From a virus (lineage: Duplodnaviria > Caudoviricetes): a stretch of 56,444 bases of DNA. The notes under the pieces are model-generated. The model did not search any database and had not been told where the DNA came from. It was given only the letters and a program-made list of their open reading frames with translations. The position numbers and the translations under genes were made by a program. Below, piece by piece: positions 11,301 through 18,546 of this stretch (positions within the stretch are counted from its first letter, which is position 1; the number at the start of each line of letters is the position of its first letter). The stretch is taken from IMG/VR virus record IMGVR_UViG_3300045557_000058, positions 1 to 56,444 of that record; one strand, 5' to 3'.

Positions 11301-14300
11301 TTCACGTCGTTTGGAAGAATATTGTCTAACTGTTCTGCATTTTCTCCAAAAACGCGATCAAATCCCATTGTGGAAATAATATCGCGGCGCCGCTCGGACA
11401 GCTCATTGACGATTGTTTTTGCGCCAGCAGTTTTTCCGTAAATCGCGATACCTCCAATTCCGGCGCTTGGTTCCAAAACGGTGTCGGCTGCGGTAATGTT
11501 TGCCGTCCAAGCAACCGCGAAAGCAAGGTCCGGGGGAGTAGAAAACTGCTGAAATTCATCCTGTTCTGCTGTCCGTTTGGTTTGTGTCGGCAGCTTTGCG
11601 ATAACTTCCTTGCGCAGCCGTTCAATGGTATTTTGGGCGTCGCTGGCCGTACCGGTTGGGTTGATTTTTTCGGATTCGATAAACTTGTTTACCCCGCGCT
11701 CCATCGCGTCGTATGCGTCCTTCGAAGTGTAGCGGCCTTCTGCCTGGGTACCGCCGAAATGTTTATCGGCTTCGGAAAACAGTTCGCGCCATGTGATTTC
11801 GTGACCTTCCTTAATCCACGACACTACCTTGTTGGAAAGTCGTGTTGTAGCCGCGGCGTAATCGCTTACCGATTCTTTTTCGCTCGTTTTTGCGACGCGA
11901 TCACTTTGTCCGCTATTCTGTCCACTTTGGGCAATAGGTGTTTTTATGCTTTCGGTGCCAGCGTTTTCGCTACCGCCTTCAAACAGCGCATCAACTTCCG
12001 GGTCGGCTGAGATTTCCGCATCGTTAATAGCATCAATCTTTTCGGCAGCGTATAAAAATTCTTCCTTGTTAGCGAGAACGAATCCTTTTCCATTATTGCC
12101 CATTAGGTGGTAAGCAAAAGCTGCACCTTGCGGCAATCTTCTGGCATTTCTGTATCCGCCATCTATTGCATAATCAATAAAGTCGGCGCGGCCAATAATT
12201 TCTCCGTTGTGATTAACCTTGATTGAATTGATTCGGTTGCGGCGATTTTCAGACTCGGTCTTCGAACGCTTTTCCGCTTTTGCAGCCATAAGTTTTTTAT
12301 GTTCTTCGGGGTATTTGTCTTGCAAATATTGCAGTCGCTCCCCTTGCTTGCGCGGGATTTTTTCTCCAGTGATCGCATCGTATGCCGCCATCCATCGAAC
12401 ATTATCGTTACTGATAAACGCATCGCGCAGCCCGGCATATTTTTCGTAAGAATCGCGTGCGTTCAATATTGTTTGCATGTATGAAAAGTTCAGGTCATAA
12501 AGATTTTTCCTCTCTGGGGTTGCCTTGTCGTATTTTATTGCTTTGCGATAAGCAACTTCTGCGTCTGTTTCTGGCTGAGCAGAAACATAGTTTGGGTTTT
12601 TTGATTCATATTGATCGTTTTTTGCTTTTTCAATTTCTTCAACAGAACTGCCGACAGCCGTTTTCTGGTCGGCAATGGCAGCCTCAACCTGTTCGCGTTC
12701 AAACCTCTCCGCGTACCCTTCCCGCGCTATGGATGGGTGTAGCATAACCTCTGACGGGCTAAGCAATCCACCGCTACGCTCTTTGGTTCCCCATCCTTCC
12801 TCTTTGTCGCGTTCAAGTGAGCGAATCATATCTTTCTTCCACGCCTGATAATGATCTTCATCGCTCATTTCAACCGCCGCGACAGCATCGGAAACACTTC
12901 CGGACTTAACGACGCCTTTCTTGCCTGTTTTCAGCGTGTTGCCCTGTTTTGTTTTGATCACGAACATAGAAGGATCGCTATCATCCACGACAACAAAGCC
13001 GTCGTCTTTCCCTGGGCGGGTAACGGTATCGCCAATATTGATTTTATCAGATTTTATTTCATGTTGCGGTTTGGTTGCGATTTCCGCTTCTTTTGTTGAT
13101 GTGATCGCTTTTTGGTTATTAATGGCAGCGTTTTGCAAGCGGTTCCATTTTTCAATTTCTGTTTTTTCCATGTTTTTGATAGCGCCATACGCAGACAAGT
13201 TATGGGCAGGGTTTATGTCGTACTTTGCGGCAAGCTCTTGATGGTACTGTTCAAATTCTTCTTTTGCAGACATTGGTTTCGCTGCAGATTCTTTTTTTAC
13301 CCAAGATTCCTTCGGTTTGTTTTTCATACTATCAAAACTAATACTGACAGTTTTGCCGTCAGCCATCTTGATTGCTATGCCGGATTTTGTAACCTTTGCA
13401 ACCATTCCGGAACCTTTACTGCTGGTTACTTTGTCGCCGACAGAAAACTGATTTTTGACTGTTGCGACAGATTCTTCTGCCGTTTTTGCAACCGTACTTT
13501 CTATTTCTCCCTGATTATTTATAGGTATAGTTTGTGAAATAGCTTTTTCAGCAGCCGAAGCCGCTTCCGCAACCGTGGTGAATTGGCCCAGGCTTTTGCC
13601 GTCACTGAGCGAAGATTCCCAAACGGCCTTGCCTTGTTCATCAACCGATTGAAACACGGCGGCTTTTGCCGTTTCAAAATTATCACCAACTACATCAAAA
13701 AACATTTCCGGCTCTCCCGGCATGGCGCCGGGGTCGATTTTCCACTTTGAATTAGGCGGGGATACGGGGGCTGCGTCGACTTCGTGCTTTTCCGGCTTCA
13801 TATTTACTGTAAAATCGCCGGGAGCCTCTATTTTATTGGCGTTTGCGGCTTTATCGCCAGGATTGCTAGTAACGTCTGTGTTTTCGGTCGGGAGGGGTAC
13901 AGTACCGGGGATATTTGACTTGTTTGCATGCGCGGACGGGTCTATGAACTCCGCAGGGACCGGCATTGTAATTTGTGTGCCATTTTGAGCAGTAAAAATA
14001 GCTTGTCCGTCCGGTGCCATGCCAGAAAAAGTTACATCACCGAATTGATCATCAGGAACAACGTCGCCGATTTTCAATTTCGGTTGCGCCGGTCCTTGTT
14101 CCGGCGTCTGCACTTGCGTCGGAGTATGAACCGGTCCTTGTGCCGGTATTGGTAACTGATTTTGAACAGGGCCGGACCCGCCGCCGGCAGCTCCCATAAC
14201 ACCGCCAAACAATCCACCGCCGGCAACAGCCTGTTTTGTTTGTGGATTCCATTTCGACGGATCGAGCGACCAGACAAATTCCTCTCCCTGTAGTGGAGTC

Positions 14301-15520
14301 TTGTTGGTTCCGGCGCCGGTAACACCAGAGCCGAATCCTTCTTGAAAAAATTCCTCGCCGCCGCCTTGTAATGCGCCGAATCCCATTTTGCGAGCGGTGC
14401 CGGTGATGATGTTTTTCGACGGAGAAAACAGGTTTACACCCTCGGCTGCGTTAGACGCGGCCAATAGGGGAATGTTAAGAGCGGTTTGCTTCCAGGCCCG
14501 AAGTTTTGCATCGTCGATTGTCGGGGCATGATCGGGATCGAAATCCCCTTTGCCGCCGTTCTGCTCGTACATTTGGCGCAGTTCACTTTTGGCCGTTTGC
14601 TTGTCGAACTCACTGGCGTTAGGATCACGCACCACGGCAATATAGCTATTCCATTTTGCCATTTCGTTGTAAGAGCCGCCGCCTTCTGTGAAAGCCTCCG
14701 GTACGGCAGAAAGGACTCTCGCAGCGACAAACGCCTTGCCGAAGTCTCCGATCTGTCCAACAGTATTTTGAAACGCTTTCTGTGCCAACGGATTCGACAC
14801 GATTTTCCCAATCGTTGCACGCCCGGCCGCCGTAGAAAGCGCAGCTTGTCCAAGTCTTGTGATCGCTGCTGTGGTAAGGGCCGCTCCCGACGCCGGCGCA
14901 ACTGCAGCCATCAACATCGATCCAGCCAAAAAAGGTAGTGACGATCCGGCAGCGTTCGCCATGAGCGACGTTGCGCGTCCGTCTGTCCAAAATTCAGGGG
15001 TAAGCATGTGACCAAACTCAAACGGCTTGGCAGACAGTGCGCGTTCCCCTGGTGTTTGTGGAAGGTTTTTGCTAAAATCGTCCATTTCGTCGGCAATCGC
15101 TCGACCGGTATCTTCAAAACCGAGCATGCGAAGCGCACCGCCGGCCCCGCCAACAACACCAGCAACACCACGATTGAACGATTTTCCAACGTCGCTCATA
15201 GTGAGATTGGTAAGCTCTCGCTGAGACGGCGCCTGCGTTATTTCTTCCATGCCAATTACAGATGTATCAACCGGAGGCGGTGGTACTTCATAATCGAGCC
15301 CGGCAACGGGGAGGGGAGTATTCCCCTCCGTTTGCCTAAACGAGCCCATGCTATCAGAAGCTACCGGCTTTATAAATGACGGCGGTGCAATATTGCTTTC
15401 CGCCTGTCGCAGCCCGCCCATTCCGGTATCAGCCGGAGCAGCCGGGGCCGGGTTTTTGAAAAAATCGTCCCAACTATCCATTTCGTTAATGTTGATCGTG
15501 CCGGTTCTTCTTTTTGCCAT
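2384..15520 (-). CDS. Giant polyvalent ejection/internal virion protein (DarB-like): adenine MTase fold + Strawberry-notch SF2 helicase + LPD3-like + ART-PolyVal-like + helical C-terminal domain
   Basis: 4378 aa; LEPSAGIGG (~11450-11480) and NPPF (~11275); GDGTGVGKGRE (~10250-10280), DEAH (~9920), QGFGRTHRTNQ; FRAWFGDW...VYHGT...GFFF...DPTQIKS; position after two ejection-type genes. Confidence 0.88.
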   Translation of the reverse strand: MAKRRTGTININEMDSWDDFFKNPAPAAPADTGMGGLRQAESNIAPPSFIKPVASDSMGSFRQTEGNTPLPVAGLDYEVPPPPVDTSVIGMEEITQAPSQRELTNLTMSDVGKSFNRGVAGVVGGAGGALRMLGFEDTGRAIADEMDDFSKNLPQTPGERALSAKPFEFGHMLTPEFWTDGRATSLMANAAGSSLPFLAGSMLMAAVAPASGAALTTAAITRLGQAALSTAAGRATIGKIVSNPLAQKAFQNTVGQIGDFGKAFVAARVLSAVPEAFTEGGGSYNEMAKWNSYIAVVRDPNASEFDKQTAKSELRQMYEQNGGKGDFDPDHAPTIDDAKLRAWKQTALNIPLLAASNAAEGVNLFSPSKNIITGTARKMGFGALQGGGEEFFQEGFGSGVTGAGTNKTPLQGEEFVWSLDPSKWNPQTKQAVAGGGLFGGVMGAAGGGSGPVQNQLPIPAQGPVHTPTQVQTPEQGPAQPKLKIGDVVPDDQFGDVTFSGMAPDGQAIFTAQNGTQITMPVPAEFIDPSAHANKSNIPGTVPLPTENTDVTSNPGDKAANANKIEAPGDFTVNMKPEKHEVDAAPVSPPNSKWKIDPGAMPGEPEMFFDVVGDNFETAKAAVFQSVDEQGKAVWESSLSDGKSLGQFTTVAEAASAAEKAISQTIPINNQGEIESTVAKTAEESVATVKNQFSVGDKVTSSKGSGMVAKVTKSGIAIKMADGKTVSISFDSMKNKPKESWVKKESAAKPMSAKEEFEQYHQELAAKYDINPAHNLSAYGAIKNMEKTEIEKWNRLQNAAINNQKAITSTKEAEIATKPQHEIKSDKINIGDTVTRPGKDDGFVVVDDSDPSMFVIKTKQGNTLKTGKKGVVKSGSVSDAVAAVEMSDEDHYQAWKKDMIRSLERDKEEGWGTKERSGGLLSPSEVMLHPSIAREGYAERFEREQVEAAIADQKTAVGSSVEEIEKAKNDQYESKNPNYVSAQPETDAEVAYRKAIKYDKATPERKNLYDLNFSYMQTILNARDSYEKYAGLRDAFISNDNVRWMAAYDAITGEKIPRKQGERLQYLQDKYPEEHKKLMAAKAEKRSKTESENRRNRINSIKVNHNGEIIGRADFIDYAIDGGYRNARRLPQGAAFAYHLMGNNGKGFVLANKEEFLYAAEKIDAINDAEISADPEVDALFEGGSENAGTESIKTPIAQSGQNSGQSDRVAKTSEKESVSDYAAATTRLSNKVVSWIKEGHEITWRELFSEADKHFGGTQAEGRYTSKDAYDAMERGVNKFIESEKINPTGTASDAQNTIERLRKEVIAKLPTQTKRTAEQDEFQQFSTPPDLAFAVAWTANITAADTVLEPSAGIGGIAIYGKTAGAKTIVNELSERRRDIISTMGFDRVFGENAEQLDNILPNDVKPDIIIMNPPFSSTAGRVAGERKTANVYRHLDQALSRLNDGGRLVAVVGEGLGETAAHAEWWKQVKGKYNVRANIALSGEKYVKYGTTFDNRIIVIDKTGPTTQTQTASYNDVIDALDMLGAIRNARLAENRLDEQGRGESGRNQTPDESRRQPGHVDVGDSQSDGIRTERPENQPKPKQGHIGTAGSTDNVGTRGHNENTKRGQGQAKGKDDQPGGDRAAGQSKPIHGGTLVGDAEAAPISLGVVTKDQEKQKGELTDSIYDSYKPQRLSIPGAKKHPSPLVQSAAMASVEPPLPTYAPKLPKSVIDNGLLSEAQLESIVYAGQAHEQILPSGLRKGFMIGDGTGVGKGREISGIILDNFGHGRKKAVWVSEKPSLYIDARRDWSGIGQDKEDVFELAKIKGDIKQKTGILFSTYKLLTIGAEVAPDGGIKKKEGKESRLEQIAKWLGPDFDGVVVFDEAHNMQNAVSEKGARGTKNASQTGLAGIELQKMLPKARILYVSATGATKVSNLSYMERLGLWGEGTPFASRDHFISSIESGGLAAMELVARDMKALGSYIQRSLSYDGVTYGTLEHKLTLEQTDIYNKLANAWQIVLQNIEKAVEITGMENKSSGSKNGMAKGRIMSAFWGANQRFFNQVITSMQMPSVIESISKDIKDGNSVVLQLVNTNEAETNRKAAQLEENETLEDLDLTPREALMNFLEKSFPVQVFEQYMDENRNMRTRPVFDSKGNPVVSKEAVALRERLLDELGSIRVPDGPLEILLNTFGDEKVAEVTGRSRRFVRVADKTGQTKMVEQRRGKVIAEADADLFINGKKPILVFSDAGGTGRSYHADRNFKNQNRRVHYLLQPGWRADKAIQGFGRTHRTNQVSAPHYVLVTTDLMGQKRFVSSIARRLDQLGALTRGQRQTGGQGMFKDTDNLEGFYAFDAMEKFYTDLIRGNVPGLDAKDILAKMGLSKILDDKGSLKQTDELRDINKFLNRILSLEKEDQNTVFNAFHERMVRNIDAAIASGTYETGLQNFRADKVELESERIVHTAKGGAETKYAKLIAKHKNKRMTHGDATAQKNFIGIFQNAKSGKVWAAFDAGNRTYSSGSVEAAVRLRGPSITQTNEVTKAEFEKNSNWVKLDPDEAATQWEKAYSETPEYIDETIHLITGAILPIWDRLPETTNRVVRVQTVDGSRYLGRRINDKDINNVLSRLGVDKETSTVSPADAITEIIDNASTVTLANGWRLSRARVSGDYRIELTSPKYDLPRFDHIVRRAGVFTERVNYVTRYFVPVGKDGETTLNNLFDSYPVADVNRTEASAMLSQLSSGVDPFRLIPGLRKYSDMTVKEAFNDLVAIGRKVYAETSHGGKWMARMKELLGDLWGKAKNVMGKVWNEVKRVAKDNAGATRIFAPAPSGTQHVSVAKMSSKMLQEPWVQHWANHYWQSVGEKSPFFRAWFGDWRQNEKTPVPVIEITGMEVTRSKNIATAAAAIGEWARRSVKGSVANKDTGWVLEISNKTISETTHYAVKHYDLPTIQSVVSLRDVVENAILHSTETNKHDNEQIPFVHVMYAPINIGSDPYVAELRVRETPQGAKPYYLEAIKIKPSTPQKGWAASAQVQSSAVSQSQGPARGQNNLPNSRGSTITVSELLKHVNNPGYDRASAVVGSNKKPLIVYHGTGEEFTEFLDSLLGSSSGRGTGTDYGFFFAQDEEHARYWADNAKIITGKSVVMPVYLDIKDPVYITDKNDGGVTIEQELKKAFIDGHDGAIIENALDDDSGEPRTMYVSFDPTQIKSINNRGTFDGSNANVLYSFPANIAHLIPALSKHNDMTAPEAMRDLVRIGRAAYESGITNGGKWMQKMREVLGDLWSKFQHLMVKVWREVKKTVNNNRGAIRLGGQRIEASTVVIPADADAGGKKTVEQLVESGWISRDTGRGTKILVKPETVKREVPESFEPVIPGMDRGVAFEFEQSSEVPEIPTGEKLRDSLKRFWAYASRKYSTLPRSAEFAPLEFGLTQLEHKKGVATDTTVKAIREIVSTLKNKKDYQIFSHKVVFDDLAADLAESPEYDLPFGLTKDNFQSQYDAVNAAVTPEIQQALDTRKQVWNDFKEKYANSMKAIGFDVEDRLKKGDTYFHHIVLDYAELKKRLDPVLGTQIRTPSYRGFLKSREGSTKNILTDYLQPEMEVMGQMMYDVEIAKVIKMVSDKYDIQSDLQRIATASNEHNTIKSLIDEQGEIEGIKSWNQLSKKQAMAMNRLAELAYNDELPNNGKFNDVLEALIVSHESQEQLDLPKNRLFAYLSWVMHTDNEAGKMTAGLMFKGLREKAAAIKERLGDEHLSWRDLVPEGYETWQPREGNIFYTGYTIPEHIAQGIADKAVSELGIPANQIRRAILQGGRRKEMVVPVEVASTLEEIVPAHAYRSWVLNGLTKLQGKWKQAVLQMPNRFLSYNFNNMVGDLDAVIAAQGTKAMKKTMTAARELYGVFYRGKEMSPHMQEWFNRGGFETLLQTQEAGKVNQLATFDRLMEREKKLSKLPFKVWQTYWQGARKATDFREAIMRYAKFLDYVEQMEGSGVPNEFGASDPASVMALDNRYDRAFKLSNELLGAYDSISEMGRDMRSFIWPFWSWKEVNATRYAQMIRNATVDSSTAQDVAGAIGGQALRRAPFAAVKAGAFMVKATFLWALIQTYNWWMWPEEERDLEDGVKYKMHIILGRDQDGKVRYAKASGALADLLGWVSLDTPMQHYDAWLSGRKSLKEIAADMAAAPTNIVLSGITPYFKVAAEMIYGESVFPDWRKPRPIRDKGLYLASSIALGNEYRSVFGLPSRGYSLIDWSVVKKSDPLQAAYYSFMGTKQRFMESKGKGEGFFNSPKSEALRNYKEALRYQDEQAAVKYLEQYKLAGGTKEGIERSMESMNPTAGLKVSERKEFLASLNPEDRRKMAMGQQYFDMVIARSGGTLSVTKKGVIDVKLKGVDLPSEKKPKKQNFF
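5657..5895 (-). repeat. Copy 2 of an ~80-aa internal repeat in the giant protein
   Basis: HLIPALSKHNDMTAPEAMRDLVRIGRAAYESGITNGGKWMQKMREVLGDLWSK...NNRGAIRL; approximate bounds. Confidence 0.85.
7115..7345 (-). repeat. Copy 1 of an ~80-aa internal repeat in the giant protein
   Basis: RLIPGLRKYSDMTVKEAFNDLVAIGRKVYAETSHGGKWMARMKELLGDLWGK...DNAGATRI; approximate bounds. Confidence 0.85.
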
Positions 15521-15536
15521 GATAGCAACTCTCCCT

Positions 15537-16784
15537 TTATCTTACTCTCCACGCACCATTTTCATAAACAAGACCATACGCGTCGGCCAAAGCGGTAACA
15601 TCGTTTTGATACTGCGCTTTAGCTTTACTGCCGTGGGCCGCAGCTGCGCGTGCTTTCCATTGAGCCATGACATTGTTGTTATTGAGAAGGGCGGCAATTT
15701 CTTGCGGCGTTTTCGATCCGCCTTCTTTGCCCTCCCAAAGCTCGTTGGTAAATTTGCTGTAGTTTTTCAGGTTATTGGCCTGTTTGTTTGGATCAACTTC
15801 GTCATCATCTTCGTTTTTACCGCGTCTGCTCTGCCACGTTTGCCCTTTATCGCCAAGAATATCGCGATCGCGCGTATAATTAAACTTTGCCCAATTAAGC
15901 GCATTTGCCGCAGCGGAGTCCGGCGATTGTCCTTTAGTGAACTCTTGGCCAGTGGTAAATTGACCGGTTGCCGGGTTAAACGCGACATTGACCTCCCTGT
16001 CGCCAAGATCGTTGGTTCTGCTCTGATAATTCGGAGCAGCCCATTGAATGAGCTCTGTCGGAACTTTGCCTCCCATCTGCTGAATCTGGAGAATAACAGA
16101 CACGGCGGATGCTCTGTCATTTGATCGAATTGCATCAGCAAGAGAACTACGGAGTTTCGGAAACTCTGCAGCTACCTGCTGCCGCCTATATTCGGCGTCT
16201 TTTTGCTGGTACATTTGTGAGGCAAGTTGATACGCTTGCTGGAAAGGAACGCCTTTTTTCACAAGTCCGGCCGTAGCCTGGTTGACCCAATCCGGGTTAG
16301 GTTGTTGCATCGTCGATGATTGGCCCGGAGCTTGTGCCGGCATTTGTGTTGGAGCTTGCACCGGTCCTGACAAATTCTGTCCAAGCTGCATCGCCCGCCG
16401 TCGAACAGGATCCTGCATGAATTGACGCCCATATTCAGAAAATCCGCCGCCATTTTGCTGTCCGTTATTGCCGATTGTTGGCAGCAAACTTTCTTTGCCG
16501 TAAATTCCGTCCGGGTTGTTTACCACCGGACGGGAGTTCAGGTCGATATTTCCTAGCCCGGGATTTTGAAATCCCATTGCAAGACTGCGCTGTTTATAGT
16601 CCGGAAGCGGTTCTGGCCGCATTGCCGGCGGTGCGGCTGGTGTTGCTGGTTGTTGACCAGACAGGCCGTTTCCCACCATAAATTCGGCTAGTGCATCCTG
16701 TTGTCGTTTCCATTTATCTTCCTGCTCTTGCCGGGCTAGGTAGCTGCCAATAAGCCCGCGGCCTGTTGCCAAAATGTTTGCCAT
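15537..16784 (-). CDS. Putative ejection/internal virion protein
   Basis: 415 aa, Q/G/A/P-rich, helical; between small ejection gene and giant gene. Confidence 0.6.
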   Translation of the reverse strand: MANILATGRGLIGSYLARQEQEDKWKRQQDALAEFMVGNGLSGQQPATPAAPPAMRPEPLPDYKQRSLAMGFQNPGLGNIDLNSRPVVNNPDGIYGKESLLPTIGNNGQQNGGGFSEYGRQFMQDPVRRRAMQLGQNLSGPVQAPTQMPAQAPGQSSTMQQPNPDWVNQATAGLVKKGVPFQQAYQLASQMYQQKDAEYRRQQVAAEFPKLRSSLADAIRSNDRASAVSVILQIQQMGGKVPTELIQWAAPNYQSRTNDLGDREVNVAFNPATGQFTTGQEFTKGQSPDSAAANALNWAKFNYTRDRDILGDKGQTWQSRRGKNEDDDEVDPNKQANNLKNYSKFTNELWEGKEGGSKTPQEIAALLNNNNVMAQWKARAAAAHGSKAKAQYQNDVTALADAYGLVYENGAWRVR

Positions 16785-16797
16785 GATTGTTCACCCC

Positions 16798-17541
16798 TTA
16801 AAACAGCATGCTAAAGTAATCTGTGAGTCCGGGATTGCGCTGCGTCGTTGTTGCGCTGTTTGTCGTTTGCTCCGGTTCAGAGATTGTCTGTAGATATTGC
16901 ATTAATAGCTGTTTCTGGCTGGCGTCAAGTCCGTACATTTTGGCATAATTGAACAAGCTGGAATCTTTACTCGCCTGTTCAGCCGCCTGATACCGATAAC
17001 CGGCCTGCCCTGCCTGGTTCAGCAAACTGTTTGCCTGCAGCATTTCCTGTACACGCTTGTCGTATTCGCTATCGTAGGCATTGTTGACAAATTCGTCTAG
17101 CGTACGGCCTTGCTGCGCGACAAGCTGTTTTTCCTTGTTCTGCCGCATAGAGCTGTCGGCCATGCCGCCGCGCTGGAACCCGCCGCGAACACTATCGAGC
17201 GAACTGCCGAAAGCCTCCTGCATGGTTTGTATTTTCGCATCGAGCCGCTTCTGAAAATACGGGTTTGAATTTACATCAAGATTACCACCGCCAGCGATCG
17301 AAGCGAGTTGCGCATTATCCATGAGAGATTTGTTGCGGTTGTAGTCAGCATCCTGCAGCTTGTTTAGACCGACGCTGAACGTGTTGTTATTCCACGCGTC
17401 AGCGCCGCCAGCGGCAGCATTTGTGTTTTTAAACCAGTCGGTAAGCCCAGAGATTGCACTGTCGGCAATCGTCTTATTCGCTCCCGTCCACTTGCTCAGT
17501 TTGGTTGTCTGGCTGGTGTTTTGCGTCGAACCTCCACCCAT
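16798..17541 (-). CDS. Putative small ejection (DNA transfer) protein
   Basis: Start refined to ATG 17541 (MGGGSTQNTSQTT) with SD GAGGGGGTG; S/T/Q/G-rich termini typical of podoviral DNA-transfer proteins. Confidence 0.65.
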   Translation of the reverse strand: MGGGSTQNTSQTTKLSKWTGANKTIADSAISGLTDWFKNTNAAAGGADAWNNNTFSVGLNKLQDADYNRNKSLMDNAQLASIAGGGNLDVNSNPYFQKRLDAKIQTMQEAFGSSLDSVRGGFQRGGMADSSMRQNKEKQLVAQQGRTLDEFVNNAYDSEYDKRVQEMLQANSLLNQAGQAGYRYQAAEQASKDSSLFNYAKMYGLDASQKQLLMQYLQTISEPEQTTNSATTTQRNPGLTDYFSMLF

Positions 17542-17890
17542 TTGGGACACCCCCTCTATCAAATTCGTAAACTGTGGCAACCGGGCGCAGCACGTCAGGA
17601 TAAAGTTTTTCGACCCCGGAACGGCGAGCTATCGTTTGCAGGTAGCGCACGCCATATTCCAGCATCTTTTCGTCGATCAGATGAAAGTATCGCTGCAATA
17701 CTCCGTGACCGCGCCCAGGAACCACATACAGGTAATCAAGGTACAGCGTATTATTACCGAGCGACAGGATGAAAAACCCGTCCTCGTCAGCATAAGGAAT
17801 GTTGTTTTTGCCGTGTTCGAGAACTTCTTCCGGCGTGAATCGTCCACCCATTCGGTTGCAAAAATCAATGGCCATTTCGTGAATTTCCAT
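17474..17890 (-). CDS. GNAT-fold acetyltransferase-like virion assembly protein
   Basis: LYLDYLYVVPGRGHG resembles GNAT motif A; position between tail and ejection genes. Confidence 0.55.
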   Translation of the reverse strand: MEIHEMAIDFCNRMGGRFTPEEVLEHGKNNIPYADEDGFFILSLGNNTLYLDYLYVVPGRGHGVLQRYFHLIDEKMLEYGVRYLQTIARRSGVEKLYPDVLRPVATVYEFDRGGVPNGWRFDAKHQPDNQTEQVDGSE

Positions 17891-18546
17891 TAACTCACCC
17901 TCATAATGTAGTACAGCGCGACATACGGCTGCATGTTGTTGTGAGCCCCGCCGCCGCCAGCGCTGCCGGTACTTCCTGACGTGGTTTGAGCTACTGCCCC
18001 GCCGCCGCCTCCGGAATACTGATAAATCTGCGGCGCAGAATGTGTGTGTGCTGGAATTTCGCCGATTGTCAATGTATGTGTTTCCGAACCGCCGGTAGTT
18101 CCAAGCGCCTTTGTGGAGCTTACGCCGACAGCAACATTGTTTCGCATGTCCGGTGTACCATTAGTGCCGTCACAAATCTGCCATCCTGTCGGTATGTTTG
18201 CGGGATCACCATAAAACAAATTGATCCACCCGACAGGAAACGAAGCAAAGCCAAATCCGGCTGCCGCAGCCTTGTTTTTCCATTGGCTAGTTTCCTCTTC
18301 GTAGGAAAGAATCTGCCCATCTGCAGGGTCAGTAATTTCCACGTCAGATAAGTTTGTCAGGGAAATTGTTTCGTCCTCGACAGCTGTTAAGCGCGAATCG
18401 ATCTTTTTGGCTGCAGCAATCAGCTTATTGACAGCAATTGCAGTGTCGGTTTGTGCAACTCGGCTTGCTTTTATCAGCTTGCTTCCATCATCATCGATCG
18501 ATGTTGGCGTTACTGGTACAACGGGTATTGTGCTGATCTTGTCCAT
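17890..18546 (-). CDS. Tail collar-domain/short fibre protein (paralog of 20275-20949)
   Basis: FPVGWI...IPTGWQICDGTNGTPDMR...GGSETHTLT...PAHTH...HNNMQPYVALYYIMR. Confidence 0.8.
   Translation of the reverse strand: MDKISTIPVVPVTPTSIDDDGSKLIKASRVAQTDTAIAVNKLIAAAKKIDSRLTAVEDETISLTNLSDVEITDPADGQILSYEEETSQWKNKAAAAGFGFASFPVGWINLFYGDPANIPTGWQICDGTNGTPDMRNNVAVGVSSTKALGTTGGSETHTLTIGEIPAHTHSAPQIYQYSGGGGGAVAQTTSGSTGSAGGGGAHNNMQPYVALYYIMRVS

Noticed and set aside
2403-16124. Many antisense or off-frame ORFs of 60-260 aa within the giant gene and its neighbour
   Set aside because: Expected shadows of a long coding sequence; no recognisable motifs
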